From contig CM097886.1 in the NCBI GenBank assembly GCA_044892525.1, forward strand, positions 99,076,001 to 99,140,000: a DNA stretch of 64,000 nt, written 5' to 3'. The stretch is from Schmidtea polychroa. Lineage: Eukaryota. This document shows positions 50,999 to 63,945 of this stretch, one piece after another. The notes beneath the pieces are model-generated. The model was not told where the DNA came from and did not search any database. It saw nothing but the letters and a program-made list of their open reading frames with translations. The translations under genes and the position numbers were made by a program. The first letter of the stretch is position 1, and the number at the start of each line of letters is the position of its first letter.

Positions 50999-51744
50999 TA
51001 TCGGATGGTGAGAAAGAAGAGAAGGAAGAGAAAGCCTTCTAAATTTGTACAAAGATTTATCCTATTCTATCAATGCTCACATTGCCGACACTCGGCATAT
51101 TGCGTAATGTCAGCACTTGCATGCACCCTAAATGACCGTATTGACAAGTGCAATCATTGCGCAATATGTTTCAAATTCAAATTAGCCGGATACGGGCAAT
51201 GATCAAATGCATTTTTGATTTCCTAATACTGCTCGACTCTTCTTTTGTTTTGATCTGTTGTTTTGTTAATAGTGTATAATATTCTCGGTCTTTCATTTCT
51301 CTATTATTATGTCACTTATTATCCAATACGGTTCTCTACTTCTATTGNNNNNNNNNNNNNNNNNNNNNNNNNNNNNNNNNNNNNNNNNNNNNNNNNNNNN
51401 NNNNNNNNNNNNNNNNNNNNNNNNNNNNNNNNNNNNNNNNNNNNNNNNNNNNNNNNNNNNNNNNNNNNNNNNNNNNNNNNNNNNNNNNNNNNNNNNNNNN
51501 NNNNNNNNNNNNNNNNNNNNNNNNNNNNNNNNNNNNNNNNNNNNNNNNNNNNNNNNNNNNNNNNNNNNNNNNNNNNNNNNNNNNNNNNNNNNNNNGGTGA
51601 GAGAAATTGAAACGTGCGTAAAGAGCTGTCCTAATATTTGTATTGAAGGGTCAAATGAATAACCCTGCCACATGTACGCAAACATATCAAAATGGAGGGA
51701 TTGTAAAAATCATTAAATCGGTGTATTTGAAGTGTTGAGTTTGA

Positions 51745-51945
51745 CTATAGCGATAATGAATACATTACAGTGGGCATGAGTGAGTGAGAAAGGGTCAAAT
51801 AAGGAGAGCTAGGTGAGCCGAGTGCTGTCAACACAGGGTCATGGCTATAGCGATAATGTATACATTGACAGTGGGCATGAATGGGTGAGAAAGGGTCAAA
51901 TAAGGAGAACTAGGTGAGCCGAGTGCTGTCAACACAGGCTCATGG
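51745..51945. repeat. Tandem duplication, two copies of ~100 bp
   Basis: CTATAGCGATAATG...GTGCTGTCAACACAGG repeats at 51745 and 51845. Confidence 0.85.
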
Positions 51946-54900
51946 CTACAATAGCGTGCGTCTCATTATTCCAATCCAGTCCTAATTAATTGACATTCAG
52001 TTCATATTTGCACATGTTTTTTCATTTCTAATTCATTAATAATTGATCAGAAATGGCAAATCTGTCCGGAAAGTTGACGAGTTTTTGAGTCTCGCGATGT
52101 TGAACAGTGAGATTTGTCATTGTAATTAATCAATATTCAATTACCGTGAAATCGTGATGCAATAACTCGATTCAATCATAATTAATTCATTAATTTATTG
52201 ATTGCACTTTTCTGATTGACTATTGTCAATTTAATCAATTTGATTAATAATAAAAATAAATATTAAATTTAATAATTACAATGAAATAATCAATTAAAAA
52301 TTAAAAAAGTTTCAATTTCAATTAGTAAAAAACAGAGAGAATATTTAATCAATTTTGAGGAGGTATCAGAATTAATGGGCAATTTGATCGGATCAATCGT
52401 TGGATCAGTTGATATTCCAAAACTGCTGAATTATTAATTATGAGTTGTTTACAGTTGGGGGGGGGGAGTTTTTCTCATTGTTGATTTATGATTTCATTTG
52501 CCGTTTATGGTAAATTGTTATCTTATACTCACATTTGAGAGACGAGAAAAAAGAAAGAAAAGAAAATAATACACAAATAAATAAACGGAGTAAAGGTAAT
52601 TTGTGAGATTATCATGAAATATTTATGAGAGCTTTTGGAAATCATTCAGTGGAGCATATTGAGGAATTGAGAGGAAGACAGATTGACTGCCTTCATCGCA
52701 CTCGGGAAGGCCCAAAATAAATACTTTTGCTTCTCCTTTCATTTGTTTAGTATAGATCGTTGCGCTGCATAGGAGCCCTCAATCCCAATCCGTGTCCTAG
52801 TAATTCTCTCCCACAACATTTCTGCACCTCAATATTTTCTCGTTCGTGAATTTATTATTTTGAACACGATTAACTGAAATTAATTAATTACTATTGATAT
52901 TTAATTATGTTTATTTGGAATTTGGACTCAACTTTGTGCTAAGATCTCCCGGTCCTGTCCACATCTACTTTGGTTGCAACTGCTACAAGAGTGTCGAGAA
53001 CTCTTTAAACGAAAGCATACTGGTAGGAAGGAAAAAGAAAATTGCCAAACTATGGAGAGAGCTGAAATTCCAGGAACCTTAATTATTGTATTTATAATTT
53101 GAAGAAAAATAAATGTCAACTGTTAGAAGGAAAACAAAAATGTTACCAACAGTTAGTCTATGTCAACCGCCACCCAATGTCCCCTTTCCAAAAAATTCAT
53201 CATACGAAATTGATTTTTCTAGCCTCCATGCCCGCAAATTTGTCAATAATGGCATCAAAGTCTATTTTTTATCTGTTTTCTTCTATATACTGAGAAGTAC
53301 AAGATCACAAAGACAATCTTATTCCCTCGACGCCCTTAGATATCTGTTTTAAACAGAAATATTAACGAAGGAAGAAAACTACAGTTGTTTCTTTCTGTCT
53401 TCTGAATTGAACTTTGTAAAATTTAAAGTCCAACGCGAATGCAATGAATCCTCTTCTGGCGCCCCTTAATTTCGATGCCAAAACAAATTGCATCCTGCTC
53501 CCTTAGCTACGCCTCTGGTCAAGTATATTGGGGATAGGAGCCTTATTTTATTATTTTCTCAACAATTTTTAATGTTTCAAAATCCTGGAAATCATATTAA
53601 AAATCAGTTGGAAAGGGAGTTCAAGATCTCGCTCGTTTTTTCATTGTAATTAATGGGAAAGAAGATGTGAGACATAAAATCCAGTTATTAATTTAGTTGC
53701 TCTGGGGCTGCACATTTGAAAAATAATTACTACTCATCATCTAAATATGCATAAAAAAACTTCCCCACCGAAACGCATTAATGGAATGGAGTCTATGAAT
53801 TATTGATTACATGAATTCTTTAGGATTCTGAGAAATCTCTAGGAGAATTATTCGGCATTTTGGAAGATATGTTGAAATAATAAATTAGCTGCTGTGGATA
53901 ATTTAACTGATTTACTCTGATATCATATTCAAAAAAGGGGGAGGACTGAGGGGGTAACATGACAGTAAGCTTTTATTTATCGATGAAAAGGCTGGTGGAA
54001 ATATGATGCTGCTGATTCAGACGGCTGATTCTAATCCCATTAAGTCACACCTCTTACTCAGCAGTGGTTTAATTGGGCCTTGTCATCTGGACGGATTAAA
54101 CATTTACTTTTAATCAAATTTTTTCCATTTCAATTGCCAACTATTAGAATTCGAAATTAAATGAAATTAAATTTGAAAAATATGAAAACTAAAAAATTAA
54201 GGTTTTTAAAAATTATTTTAACTGAAATAGGATAATCAAATCCTTTTGACTCACTGAGTTTCCCATGAAATGATGTAAGGAGAGATTCCCAGCACTCAGA
54301 AGAACTTGCTCAGTAAAATCCAAAAGTTGACCTCTTCCTGGCTTGGTCTCCGAACTTGTATTCCCAAATTTAAAGAGGATAAATCATTCTCTGATTATTC
54401 CTCTGTTAAAGGGTTTTCATGAATCAAATAATAAATTATACTCAGATTGATAAATAGTTTTTTTAATTTTTAACTCGATTTTAATTTTTTCTAAATTTTG
54501 TAAAAAATAATTTTAATTCACCGCAGTTTTTATTTTAATTGCAATTTTTTTACGATGAAATATTTTTATTTCTTTGAATAAAGTTGAAATAATTCAAAAT
54601 TAAACTTGTTAATAATAAATTATCATTTTTTTAATTAAAAATTTTTTTATTTGAACATGAAATATTTTTATTTCTTGCTGAATTCGATCTATGAAAAATA
54701 GAAAATAAAATTTATTAAATATAAAATTATTGATTTTTTGAATTAAAATTTTTAAATATTGATTTTTGAATCTTTTCTATTTGTTGCTGGATTCGAGCAA
54801 TGAAAATTGAAAATAAAATTTATTATATATATAATTATTGATTTTTTGAATTTGAATATATAGATAAATAATTTAAATTTGTAAATAATTAATTTGTTTA

Positions 54901-54984
54901 AATTAACAGATTAATTAGAATATATTTTATTCAAAGTAAGAAAATCAAATTAAGTCTTTAATTTATTGAAAAATTATTTTTAGA

Positions 54985-55059
54985 ATGCGTGATAAGTGGA
55001 AGAAAAAGAGAACGAGAAGACTTCAACGTAAAAGGAGGAAGATGAGGTCCAAGAAATAA
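54985..55059 (+). CDS. RPL41: Ribosomal protein L41 (eL41/eS32), copy 1
   Basis: MRDKWKKKRTRRLQRKRRKMRSKK* matches RPL41 ([25 protein letters not shown]). A TTTTTAG acceptor lies one base before the ATG. Not in the ORF track. Confidence 0.88.
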   Translation: MRDKWKKKRTRRLQRKRRKMRSKK

Positions 55060-55771
55060 ATTTTTAATAAATTTTGATTTCGGAATTTCTTTATCAATTT
55101 GTCACAATTTTTATTGTTTATACTGACTTATTTTTATTTACATTTTTGTCTCATTTCATTTTTAGAATGAACAATCTGACGAATTTGCAACGTGACGAGT
55201 GACTAAGGCTGTCTTATCTCATTTTTGTATGCATTTCTTGTGTATTTTCTTTTCTATTGTGAATCATTATCGATTGAATTTTGCACGGATTCTCAGAACG
55301 GCTGCATTATGAAACAGTTTTTTGTAGTGATAATTAATTAGGAAATCCATGTCTTTAATCTACTTACTAATTTATTAGTAATACATTTTTGAATATGCGC
55401 AATTCAGGAAATTTGAAAGCTGTTTTTAAGTTAATATTTTCTATTATTTAAAAATTTTATATTGGTAACTATCAATTAAGATAAATGTTTATTATCTTAG
55501 CTAATTATCATGTTAATAACGAATAATAATTACTAGAGTAGTTTATTGTTCATTTATTGCATTATTTAATCTAATATCAGAATAACAATATCTAACGCAA
55601 CCGTGTTCATAAATGATAACATAATATAACAAAAATGATTCATCCAAGGAACGATTGCCAATAAAAGTAAATTCATAACAGGAAATTAAATAACAAAATT
55701 AAATTTTATTCACATCAAATTATAATGGCACAAAGTTATGATATACGTTCAATGAATATGAATTCCATCTT

Positions 55772-55849
55772 TTACTTACTTTTTGCCCTCATCTTCCTTC
55801 TTTTTCTCTGTAATCTTCTAGTTCGCTTTTTCTTCCATTTATCTCGCAT
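55772..55849 (-). CDS. RPL41: Ribosomal protein L41 (eL41/eS32), copy 2
   Basis: MRDKWKKKRTRRLQRKRRKMRAKSK*, the canonical 25 aa. A CTTTTC pyrimidine stretch lies just upstream and AATAAA downstream on the minus strand. Not in the ORF track. Confidence 0.92.
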   Translation of the reverse strand: MRDKWKKKRTRRLQRKRRKMRAKSK

Positions 55850-56848
55850 TTTGAAAAGTCAAATCGTTGTTTACAGTTTAAACAAATTACAAAAACATTG
55901 ACAAACAAATAATTGAATAATAACATCCTTATTTAATAAAATGAATGAAAATTTTATTCAATTCATTCCAGTTTAATTTACGAATATTTTTAGAATTTTG
56001 AGAAATAAAATGATTGAAAATTTAAGGGGTCGGTCAAACTTTATAATGATTTACGAAAATAGTTTCAGAAAATAATTAATTAGTAATAAATTGTAGGCAT
56101 TCAGTGTTATGCTTTGCCCTGAGTTTTTGAGCTTATCGTGAAAGTAACCAACATGATAATGTTTAATGTTATCATGAAATTTAGTCATTCAGGGCGGATG
56201 GGGGCAGTGAGCAAGCAATGTTATTTAATATCATCAAATGAAATTATAAATTCATTATATATACTATGTATATGGCAAGGAAATCAACCTTTAGAAAAAT
56301 AGGCATTTTATAATTCTACTCATGTAGTAATATAAGACGAGGTGGCCATCAGCAAAGATGAGTCTCATCACCTTGATTTCACTTGTCATTTACAAGAAGC
56401 TTTAAAGTATGAACAAATCTCCGATTAAGCATATCGTTTCATCGAAACAGTAGGGAAATTAACCAAAAGTATATTAAAACACGAGTGAAACGAATAAGCA
56501 ATTAAACAAATTCCTTCTCGTGAATAGGGCTCAAGAAAAAATGTTAATAAAGAAATAGAAATTCAAAAACCAAAGATGTAAAAAGAAATTAAAGACACAA
56601 TTTGAAAAGTTGAAAATGTGAATAAAGTTATAGGGTGCGTCTATGGGTACGACCTATAACATATCCTAATCCCGCTGAAAGCTACAGAGATGCGTTCGAA
56701 GACCTCTCAAAAAATGTAAACAGATGTCAAAATCATGTGAAATGACTTTAATGTGAAGAAAACATGACCATATATTATATGACCATATATGGCATATAAG
56801 CAGGGAATTTACTATGAAGAGGAACATCCAGTGCTTTGGATGTGGAGA

Positions 56849-57140
56849 TTATAGACAGGTAGTGTTATGATGATAAGGGCTAGAAAATTGTAGCTGTATA
56901 TTGTGATTCTTAGCCAACTCTTTTATCAAGTTAGACTCAAATGTTTTTCCACAATCAACATGAATAATTCTCGGTGCACCGTATTTTAATATCCAGAATT
57001 TCACAATAATATTCGCTGTAGTTTTTTCGTCCTGCTTTGCTACTGCTGTCAACGAAATGTATCGACTACACATATCTATAATTCCCAAAATATATTTCTT
57101 TCCATGAATGTTTGCCTGCAAAGGTCCACAAAAATCTGAT
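56849..57140 (-). mobile_element. Gypsy integrase core fragment
   Basis: DFCGPL...GKKYILGIIDMCSRY...YGAPRIIHVDCGKTFES...SSPYHH. Confidence 0.85.
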
Positions 57141-58010
57141 GATCTCAGACAATGGCACAAATTTCATAGGCGCCACTTCTACAGTAAAGAATTTTGTAAT
57201 CGACAACTATAAAACTCAAAGAGAGTTGTCGAAGCATCAATGTAGTTGGATCTTCAATCCTCCATCAGCACCGCATTTTGGGGGAGTTTTTGAGTCCATG
57301 ATCAAATCGGCAAAGCGAGCTATGAATGCCATACTGACAAGTGCAGATGTGACCGACGAAGAATTGGGAAATGTTTTGACAAGGGCTGAAATGTTGATAA
57401 ATTCTCGGCCCTTAGTGGTTCAGGCAGTAGACAGTAAGGAAGACGCTGTGCTAACTCCAAATCATTTATTAATTGCCGGTTGGAAAGGAGAAGCTGTGGA
57501 AAATATAGAAGTGAAGAAAATGTCATGTACGATGTTTCGGTGGAGACGAGTTCAGGACTTAACCGAGCACTTCTGGCGGCGATGGATGAAAGAATTGGTC
57601 CCGTGCTGGTGGCAAAGGGCGAAATGGAATAAGATAGAAGATGATGTCAAGACAGGGTCAACAGTGTGGGTTTTAGACAAAAGGAATGAGTATGGGAAGT
57701 GGCCAATGGGGAGAGTAATCGAAGTGATACCGGGAGAAGACGGAAAGCTACGCGTGATGAGGATAAAATGTGAAGGAAAGGAGGTATTAAGATGCATATC
57801 TAAATTATGCTTGATCACAAAAGAAGGAGAAGTTAATGGGGATGTGAGATTGACACCAAAGTGTCAAGGGGGGAGGATGTTTAATTCGATGTTGGCTGTG
57901 GGCGCACACAGACGCATATAGTTGTGGGTGTTGTTTGGCTTTTTGTGTTCGCGTCTGTGTGCGCGGTCTGGTTAGACCGATTCTGGTGGGTGTGCGCACA
58001 CAGACGCGAG
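57139..58010 (+). mobile_element. BEL/Pao 3' fragment: integrase C-terminal part, DUF5641-like tail, PPT and the start of a 3' LTR
   Basis: ISDNGTNF, FNPPSAPHFGGVFESMIKSAK, INSRPL, LTPNHLL, HFWRRWMKE and WPMGRVIEVIPGEDG. CAAGGGGGGAGGA is followed by TGTT at 57878. Confidence 0.88.
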
Positions 58011-58050
58011 AAAAATTCTGGATTTTTAATTCGAATTGATTTGTTTTAAA

Positions 58051-58719
58051 ATGGGTTCGTTGGGTGGAAGTTTAAAAAGGGCTTTCGGTTCTGGAACAAG
58101 TTCCTTTGTTAAAATGGCGTTTATTTCATGGATGAAATATCATTTTAGTGATGATTCTGATAGCAAAATTGAGATTTGTGCCAATCCTGAAGATTTTGAG
58201 ATGTTTTTAAGAAAAATTCCATCAAATATTAATTACCCTTCTGTATTGTCAAATAATCGGACAGCAAATTGTGAGTTTGCGCTCCTCGTGGTCAAATGTA
58301 ATCTACTACAATCTTCTGTAGAAATGCCTTCTAATACAAAATTGTTTTGGAATTTATTAGATGATAACAAAATTCAATATATTGCCTCATCTATGGTTGA
58401 TGTTGACGGATCTATGATTTACAAATTACGCAATATTGCGAGTCTCAATCCATCAGGAGTTCAATTAGCAAAGGAAACGAGATATTTATGCATTGTGGCT
58501 ACAGGAAGAATTTCTTCTACTATAACGAGCGATGTGATAAAATCAAACTTAGACTTTATGAAATCGGATTATGACTTATGTGATGATGTTTATGTAAATT
58601 ATGCTTTCGAACAGATCATTCAATGCTGTGAAATTTTGTTGCCACATAGAGCCGACTCCATCGAGTCTATTTCAAATAAAATTGTTATTCGTTCAATTCG
58701 ATTAGTTCAATCCTATTAA
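58051..58719 (+). CDS. Orphan ORF (~222 aa) just downstream of the BEL LTR start, apparently cut at its 3' end by the gypsy junction
   Basis: Open frame with globular-protein composition and no recognised motif. Confidence 0.45.
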   Translation: MGSLGGSLKRAFGSGTSSFVKMAFISWMKYHFSDDSDSKIEICANPEDFEMFLRKIPSNINYPSVLSNNRTANCEFALLVVKCNLLQSSVEMPSNTKLFWNLLDDNKIQYIASSMVDVDGSMIYKLRNIASLNPSGVQLAKETRYLCIVATGRISSTITSDVIKSNLDFMKSDYDLCDDVYVNYAFEQIIQCCEILLPHRADSIESISNKIVIRSIRLVQSY

Positions 58720-61351
58720 AGCAGAACTGTCCAGATCTTGTTGAGAACGCTGTCTTTTCTTGCGAATTTGCTGTCAATTCAACCTGATAATACGCGCTTC
58801 CCAGATCAATGGTGCTAAAGTACATTGATCCATTTAATGAATCTAACATCTGTTCGATATTAGGCATTGGGAAGATTTGTCTTTCTGTCATTTTATTTAA
58901 ACTTCTAAAATCTAAACATAATTGAATATCATTTTTCTCCTTCTTCCAGACACATACTAACGGCGTATTCCACGGTGAGTCACACTTCCTAATTATGCCG
59001 TTTTCTTCCAAATTTTTAATAGCTTCTTCAATCTTTTCTTCTAGGTGGGCTGGCTGTCTTCTTGGGTTCAAATGGATTGGTCCTTCAACAGTTTTAATAT
59101 CATGCTTTAATAGATTGGTTTTGCCTATATCCCACTTATCTATCATAAATACTTCGGCATTTTTTTATTACTCCATAAAGTTTGTTGTCACACCTTAATC
59201 CTATTAATTCTATTGCTCTTTTAAATCGAAGTTCATCACTCGTTCTTTTCCCAAATTTGGCTTCAATGTTGCATATTTCCATATTATTATATTCGCTTGC
59301 ATTTTTGATGTTATTTCCGATAACTTTCATTAGTTTTATGTCAAACCTACGTAATAAATCGATTCCTCCAATTATCGATGGAGATACATTTTCAACTACT
59401 ACAAAAACAATATTTTCTTCTCTACTTCCTATATTTATTCTAAGCTTGATTCTTCCCAAAGTTTTTAATGGACTACCATTTGCGCACCAGATTTTGTCTC
59501 CGTGTTCGTTTAAAACTGGATTTCCGATCTCCTTTATAATCGAACTATCAATCACATTCATTCTAGCTCCTGTATCCAACAAACAATTCTTAAAGTAATT
59601 ATTTATACCTATTATTACACTTGGACGTCCACCCATTTTATCATAAACAATATTATACTCATCCTTCTTCAAATATGTTTCACTTCTATATTGTATTTTA
59701 CAGTCACATGTATCAAATATTTTATTCTTTTCATTATGTACATAAATCATATTTTCTGGTTTTTTTAATTTTTTTACGTCATCTATCGATAAAATCTGAG
59801 TACAATTATTTCTACATTCTTTTTTATTATCGTCATCAATTTTTATTTTTTCAAAATTGTTTTCATTAGGCATATTTAAAATAATTGCATCATGAATATC
59901 CGTAACTTTATTTTTTACACTTTCTATTATATCACATTGATTCGCTTTTTTAAAATTTGTTTCTAGCTCATTATTTTTTCCAACTATATCGATATTTCCT
60001 ACAATTCTACTGCTGCCATTATTTCTGATTACATTATTCTCATCCAACATTTTATTATTTACTTTATTTAAATTATCTACTAAAGGACTTATACTATTCA
60101 CGTTATTATTAATATTTTCTACATTATATACATTATTTACAAAAGGAATTATACTATTCACTTTACTACTAATACTATTAATATATTTATATTTACTTAT
60201 ACAATTATACTAGCATACACAATCGTCATTATTACCCATTAATTCATTGCTCCGATCATCTCGCCCAACGATGGAGCTTCTTGGTTTAGGTAGTCTTCGT
60301 CTTGGCATGAAATCTTTTCGTCGTTCTCGGCTTGATCGGTCTGAAACGCGGCTACCTGTGTCCGTCTCGGTGGTCCCCGCTTGTCTGCGCATCTTCTTCT
60401 GTCTGTCTGATTACAGCATTGAAATCGTAGGTGGCCTCTTCTACCGCATCCTGAGCACGATATTGATGGGAATTCTCGTCTGTTGTGTCCAATATCTTTA
60501 CACGCAAAACGTCTCATCTCTGCATTCTGTAATCTCTGATTGCACTCTCTGGATTGGTGCCCTTCTTTTCCACATTGGAAGCATTTCTGAACCGTTGGTT
60601 TCCGACATTCTCGACTCATATGACCCACCTCCTGACAATTCCAACATGTAATAACTGGTCTGCTTCTAACCGGCATTTCTCTTTGTTGGAATCTGTTCTG
60701 GAAATTATCGGCTTTCATCCTCGGTGTTGAATCATATCTTCGTTGTGAATTTGTAAAAGTTCTGCTTTGGTTCTGTCTATCGGCAAATCCTTGTCTCGTC
60801 TTGACAATACTCGCAAACGTTTCCTTCCTTCTATTCAAAACTGAAATTCCGGATACTTCAATGTTTATATCATCGACCTTCTTTATCACTCCTTTTATTT
60901 CGTCGACGCTCATCACATCTCGCATCTTTATTTCTTTCTGTGTATCCTTGTCTTTGATACAATGGACCAAAAAATATGACATTAATTCTTTCTTGTCCCA
61001 TTTGTGCTTCAGAACTTGGTCAACCATCTTTTCTATTTTTTCGAAATATACTGGAGCAGTATCATCGTTCTTTTCATAATTGCAGAGGGTTAGAAAACCC
61101 CCTATCAACGTCGTTGGTTTCTTGAAAGCCTTTTTCAATCTGTCTTCAAAACAAATTTCATTTTCTTCTATTGCTTCATAAATTGGCAACAACTCTCTTG
61201 CGATTAAACATTTGATCATCATACTTTGGCTGGATTGTTCTAGTCCACATAATTGGAAATACCTCTTGCATTCTCCAATAAAAACGTCTACATCGACGCT
61301 GCCATCGTAAATATCCGGGATCATTTTATTGATCATTGCCAGGGTCGCCAT
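58712..61351 (-). mobile_element. Gypsy LTR retrotransposon remnant: gag, aspartic protease and N-terminal half of RT
   Basis: Gag 61351-60239 with CWNCQEVGHMSREC, CFQCGKEGHQSREC and further knuckles. Protease motif CLLDTGARMNVI. RT motifs SPWNTPLVCV, LCLDFRSLN, FSTIDLGSAYYQV and KTAFSTRSGQFCFNR, truncated there. Pol has a stop at 60210 and a frameshift near 59140. Confidence 0.92.
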
Positions 61352-62009
61352 GTTAATAATAACTAGTTAATAATCTAGAAATATTTATTTTTTAATACAA
61401 AATGCAAAATACAAATTATTGCCCAAATCTGGTATTATTAAAACACCCGATTTAAATGGCGAATTAATTAATTAAATAATAATGATAATTATGCGTGCCA
61501 GCTTTTATACTTATTATACTTTTTCTTATAATATAATATATATTTTATTTATAAATTAATTATTTAAATATCCCTAACAGTTGATAAAAGAAAGAGATTG
61601 GCTAATAACGGCATATAGGCCAATGATTGAAGAGATAAATGAAAAGAACACCAAACAGAAAAGGAAACATCAGAATCTCAGCAACTACAAGAAAAGTCGA
61701 GGACACAACTTCAAAACTCGAATAGGATAAACTAGTCGAAAAAATAGAACCCAAAGTTATGACGAAAGATAACTATAAACCAAAACAAGAGGTGGAGAAA
61801 ATTATTGAGGCCTGTAGTGCAGTGTTAATTTTTCTTTTTATGAATTTGTAATTAGGGCTTGTAATGTATTGTTATTTTTATTATTATGCATATTATATAA
61901 AAATATAATAAAACTATATAGTATAATTCTTTATTAAAACTGATGTCAACTTTAACAAACGGCTTCTGATATCTACCCTTTCATTCTTGATAAGTCGTGC
62001 CAGGTCCTC

Positions 62010-62816
62010 AGAAAAAAACGTTATTTAGTTTTGAAGCTAAACTTCGGCTTTTTGTGAACGATCTTAGGTCGAAAATATTTAATCATTTTCCACGAATAAA
62101 AGCTAATATATTTGATATTACAGAAGAAAAAGTAAACGAATACAGTGAAAAATTGCAAGAATTGCAAGCGGATTTCAAATGTAGGTTTGAAGATTTGAAA
62201 AGTTATAAATCTACATTTGCATTTTTTGTGAACCCATTTATTTGTGATATTATTGAAGATGGATTTCCAATTTCTGAAGTAATACTTGTTAAAAAAGCGG
62301 TTGGGGAATTGGAGTTATTAGATATGAAAGAGGACCAGGCTTTGCAAATGCACCATAAATCTACTTCTATAGTTGAATTTTGGAAACTCGTACCAGAGGC
62401 AAAATATCCACACTTAAAACAAGCTGCTTGCCGTCTAATTTCAATTTTTGGTACAACATATTGTTGTGAATCTTTGTACTCCACAATGAAGTTCGTAAAG
62501 TCGAAATATCGTTCACAGTTGACCAATCAGCATCTTACAGAATTGCTGCGAACAGCTTTAACAAAGTATACACCAAATTTCAAAGATTTGACCAAAAGTC
62601 TTCGTTAATTCAAGAAATTTTATTACTTTTTATTAATGGATTTTTATGTTTGTTACTTAATGTTTGAAATAATTATTTTGTTTTTTTTTAATAGCGTTTA
62701 AGTCTCTTTAATCAAATTAATGAAATAAAAAAAAATATGTACTTTACTATGGTGGCTCTGTAAAAAATAAATTTTCGGAAAATGGCTCTTATTGAACCCA
62801 TGCGTGCCCACCCTTG
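62010..62816 (+). mobile_element. 3' half of a Charlie/SPIN-type (GTF2IRD2-like) hAT transposon with its right TIR
   Basis: FVNPF, EFWKLVPEAKYPHLKQAACRLISIFGTTYCCESLYSTMKFVKSKYRSQLTNQHL. TIR-like GTGCCCACCCTTG (62804-62816) is followed by CTATAGAG. Confidence 0.85.
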
Positions 62817-63804
62817 CTATAGAGAATTACAAAAAATACAAAAAAACAAATAATAAATAAACAAATTTAAAAAAATCAATATAAATAAATAGTTTAACAA
62901 ATTTTGAAGTTAAATGTAATTTTTGGATATACAGCAATCTCTCCTATAACGCGGGGATACTTTCCTGACCCACCGCATTATTGGCGAGTCAGCGTATATC
63001 TTAAATCAACCTGAAAATATTTTAAGTCAGTTGCGAGTGCCTAAAACATATTAGCTTGAAGTCTATAGTAAATAAATATATTAAATAAAAAAAATCGAAA
63101 TATAAAATAAATTCACTCTACTTAAATTTTGACTTTTTTATACGATGTATATAATGTCACTAAAACTATAAAATGATATACTTCTCCGATACGATGCGAG
63201 GAATACACTTGTTTTACTTCAATTTTAACTTAATTCCATCGTCTTTCACGTTTTAGAAACCGACAATAACCAATTAAAATCCCGGCTTCAATTCTGAGTG
63301 TCGAATTACATATTCTTCCAATTGGATGGGGGAATTTATCATTTTATGGTTTTTGTGACATTATATACTGAATTTTATATAGCATAAATCGCATAAATAC
63401 TTAAAAACCATATAAAAAGTTAAAATTTAAGTAAAGCGAGTGAATTCTTCGCATCGGATCTGCCAGTGACGCAATAATAGCATTGTTAGTATTTTCGGAA
63501 TTGAACTTTTCACAATTTTTTCCGAAAAAAAATTTTTTTCGATTTTTTAAAAGTTTTTTCTTTACTTTCATTCTATTTTTTACGAACCGTGTATTAGGGA
63601 GATCGTGTTCTACGAGAGATTGCTGTACGTTTTCTGGTGGATTACAAAATATTATGAATTTAAGATGTGTAAGAAATCAGTTTTTTGTTTTTTTAATTAA
63701 ATAAAGTTGCTTTAATCATTATTTTTCTTATTGATAGTTGTATCACACAATCACCCCATCTGACCCGACACAATTTTTAGAGGTAACTCTACTGTGGACT
63801 ACTG

Positions 63805-63807
<3 letters not shown>

Positions 63808-63862
<55 letters not shown>
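63808..63862. repeat. (TA)n microsatellite
   Basis: Uninterrupted TA run. Confidence 0.95.
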
Positions 63863-63866
<4 letters not shown>

Positions 63867-63945
63867 GGTTGTTAATATCGGTTTTTCGAGCAATCCGATT
63901 ATCGTTTGTATAAATCCGATTTTAAACCGATTATCGTTTGCACTT
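63863..63945 (+). mobile_element. Possible hAT terminal sequence
   Basis: TAGGGTTGTTAATATCGG followed by repeated CCGATT subterminal motifs; no partner end in the window. Confidence 0.35.

Noticed and set aside
3911-51685. ORF-track entries made mostly of X
   Set aside because: They are artefacts of N gaps.
61485-61800. PBS and LTR for the minus-strand gypsy remnant
   Set aside because: TGGCACGC matches no tRNA end I could assign, and no adjacent TG...CA LTR or partner LTR is visible.
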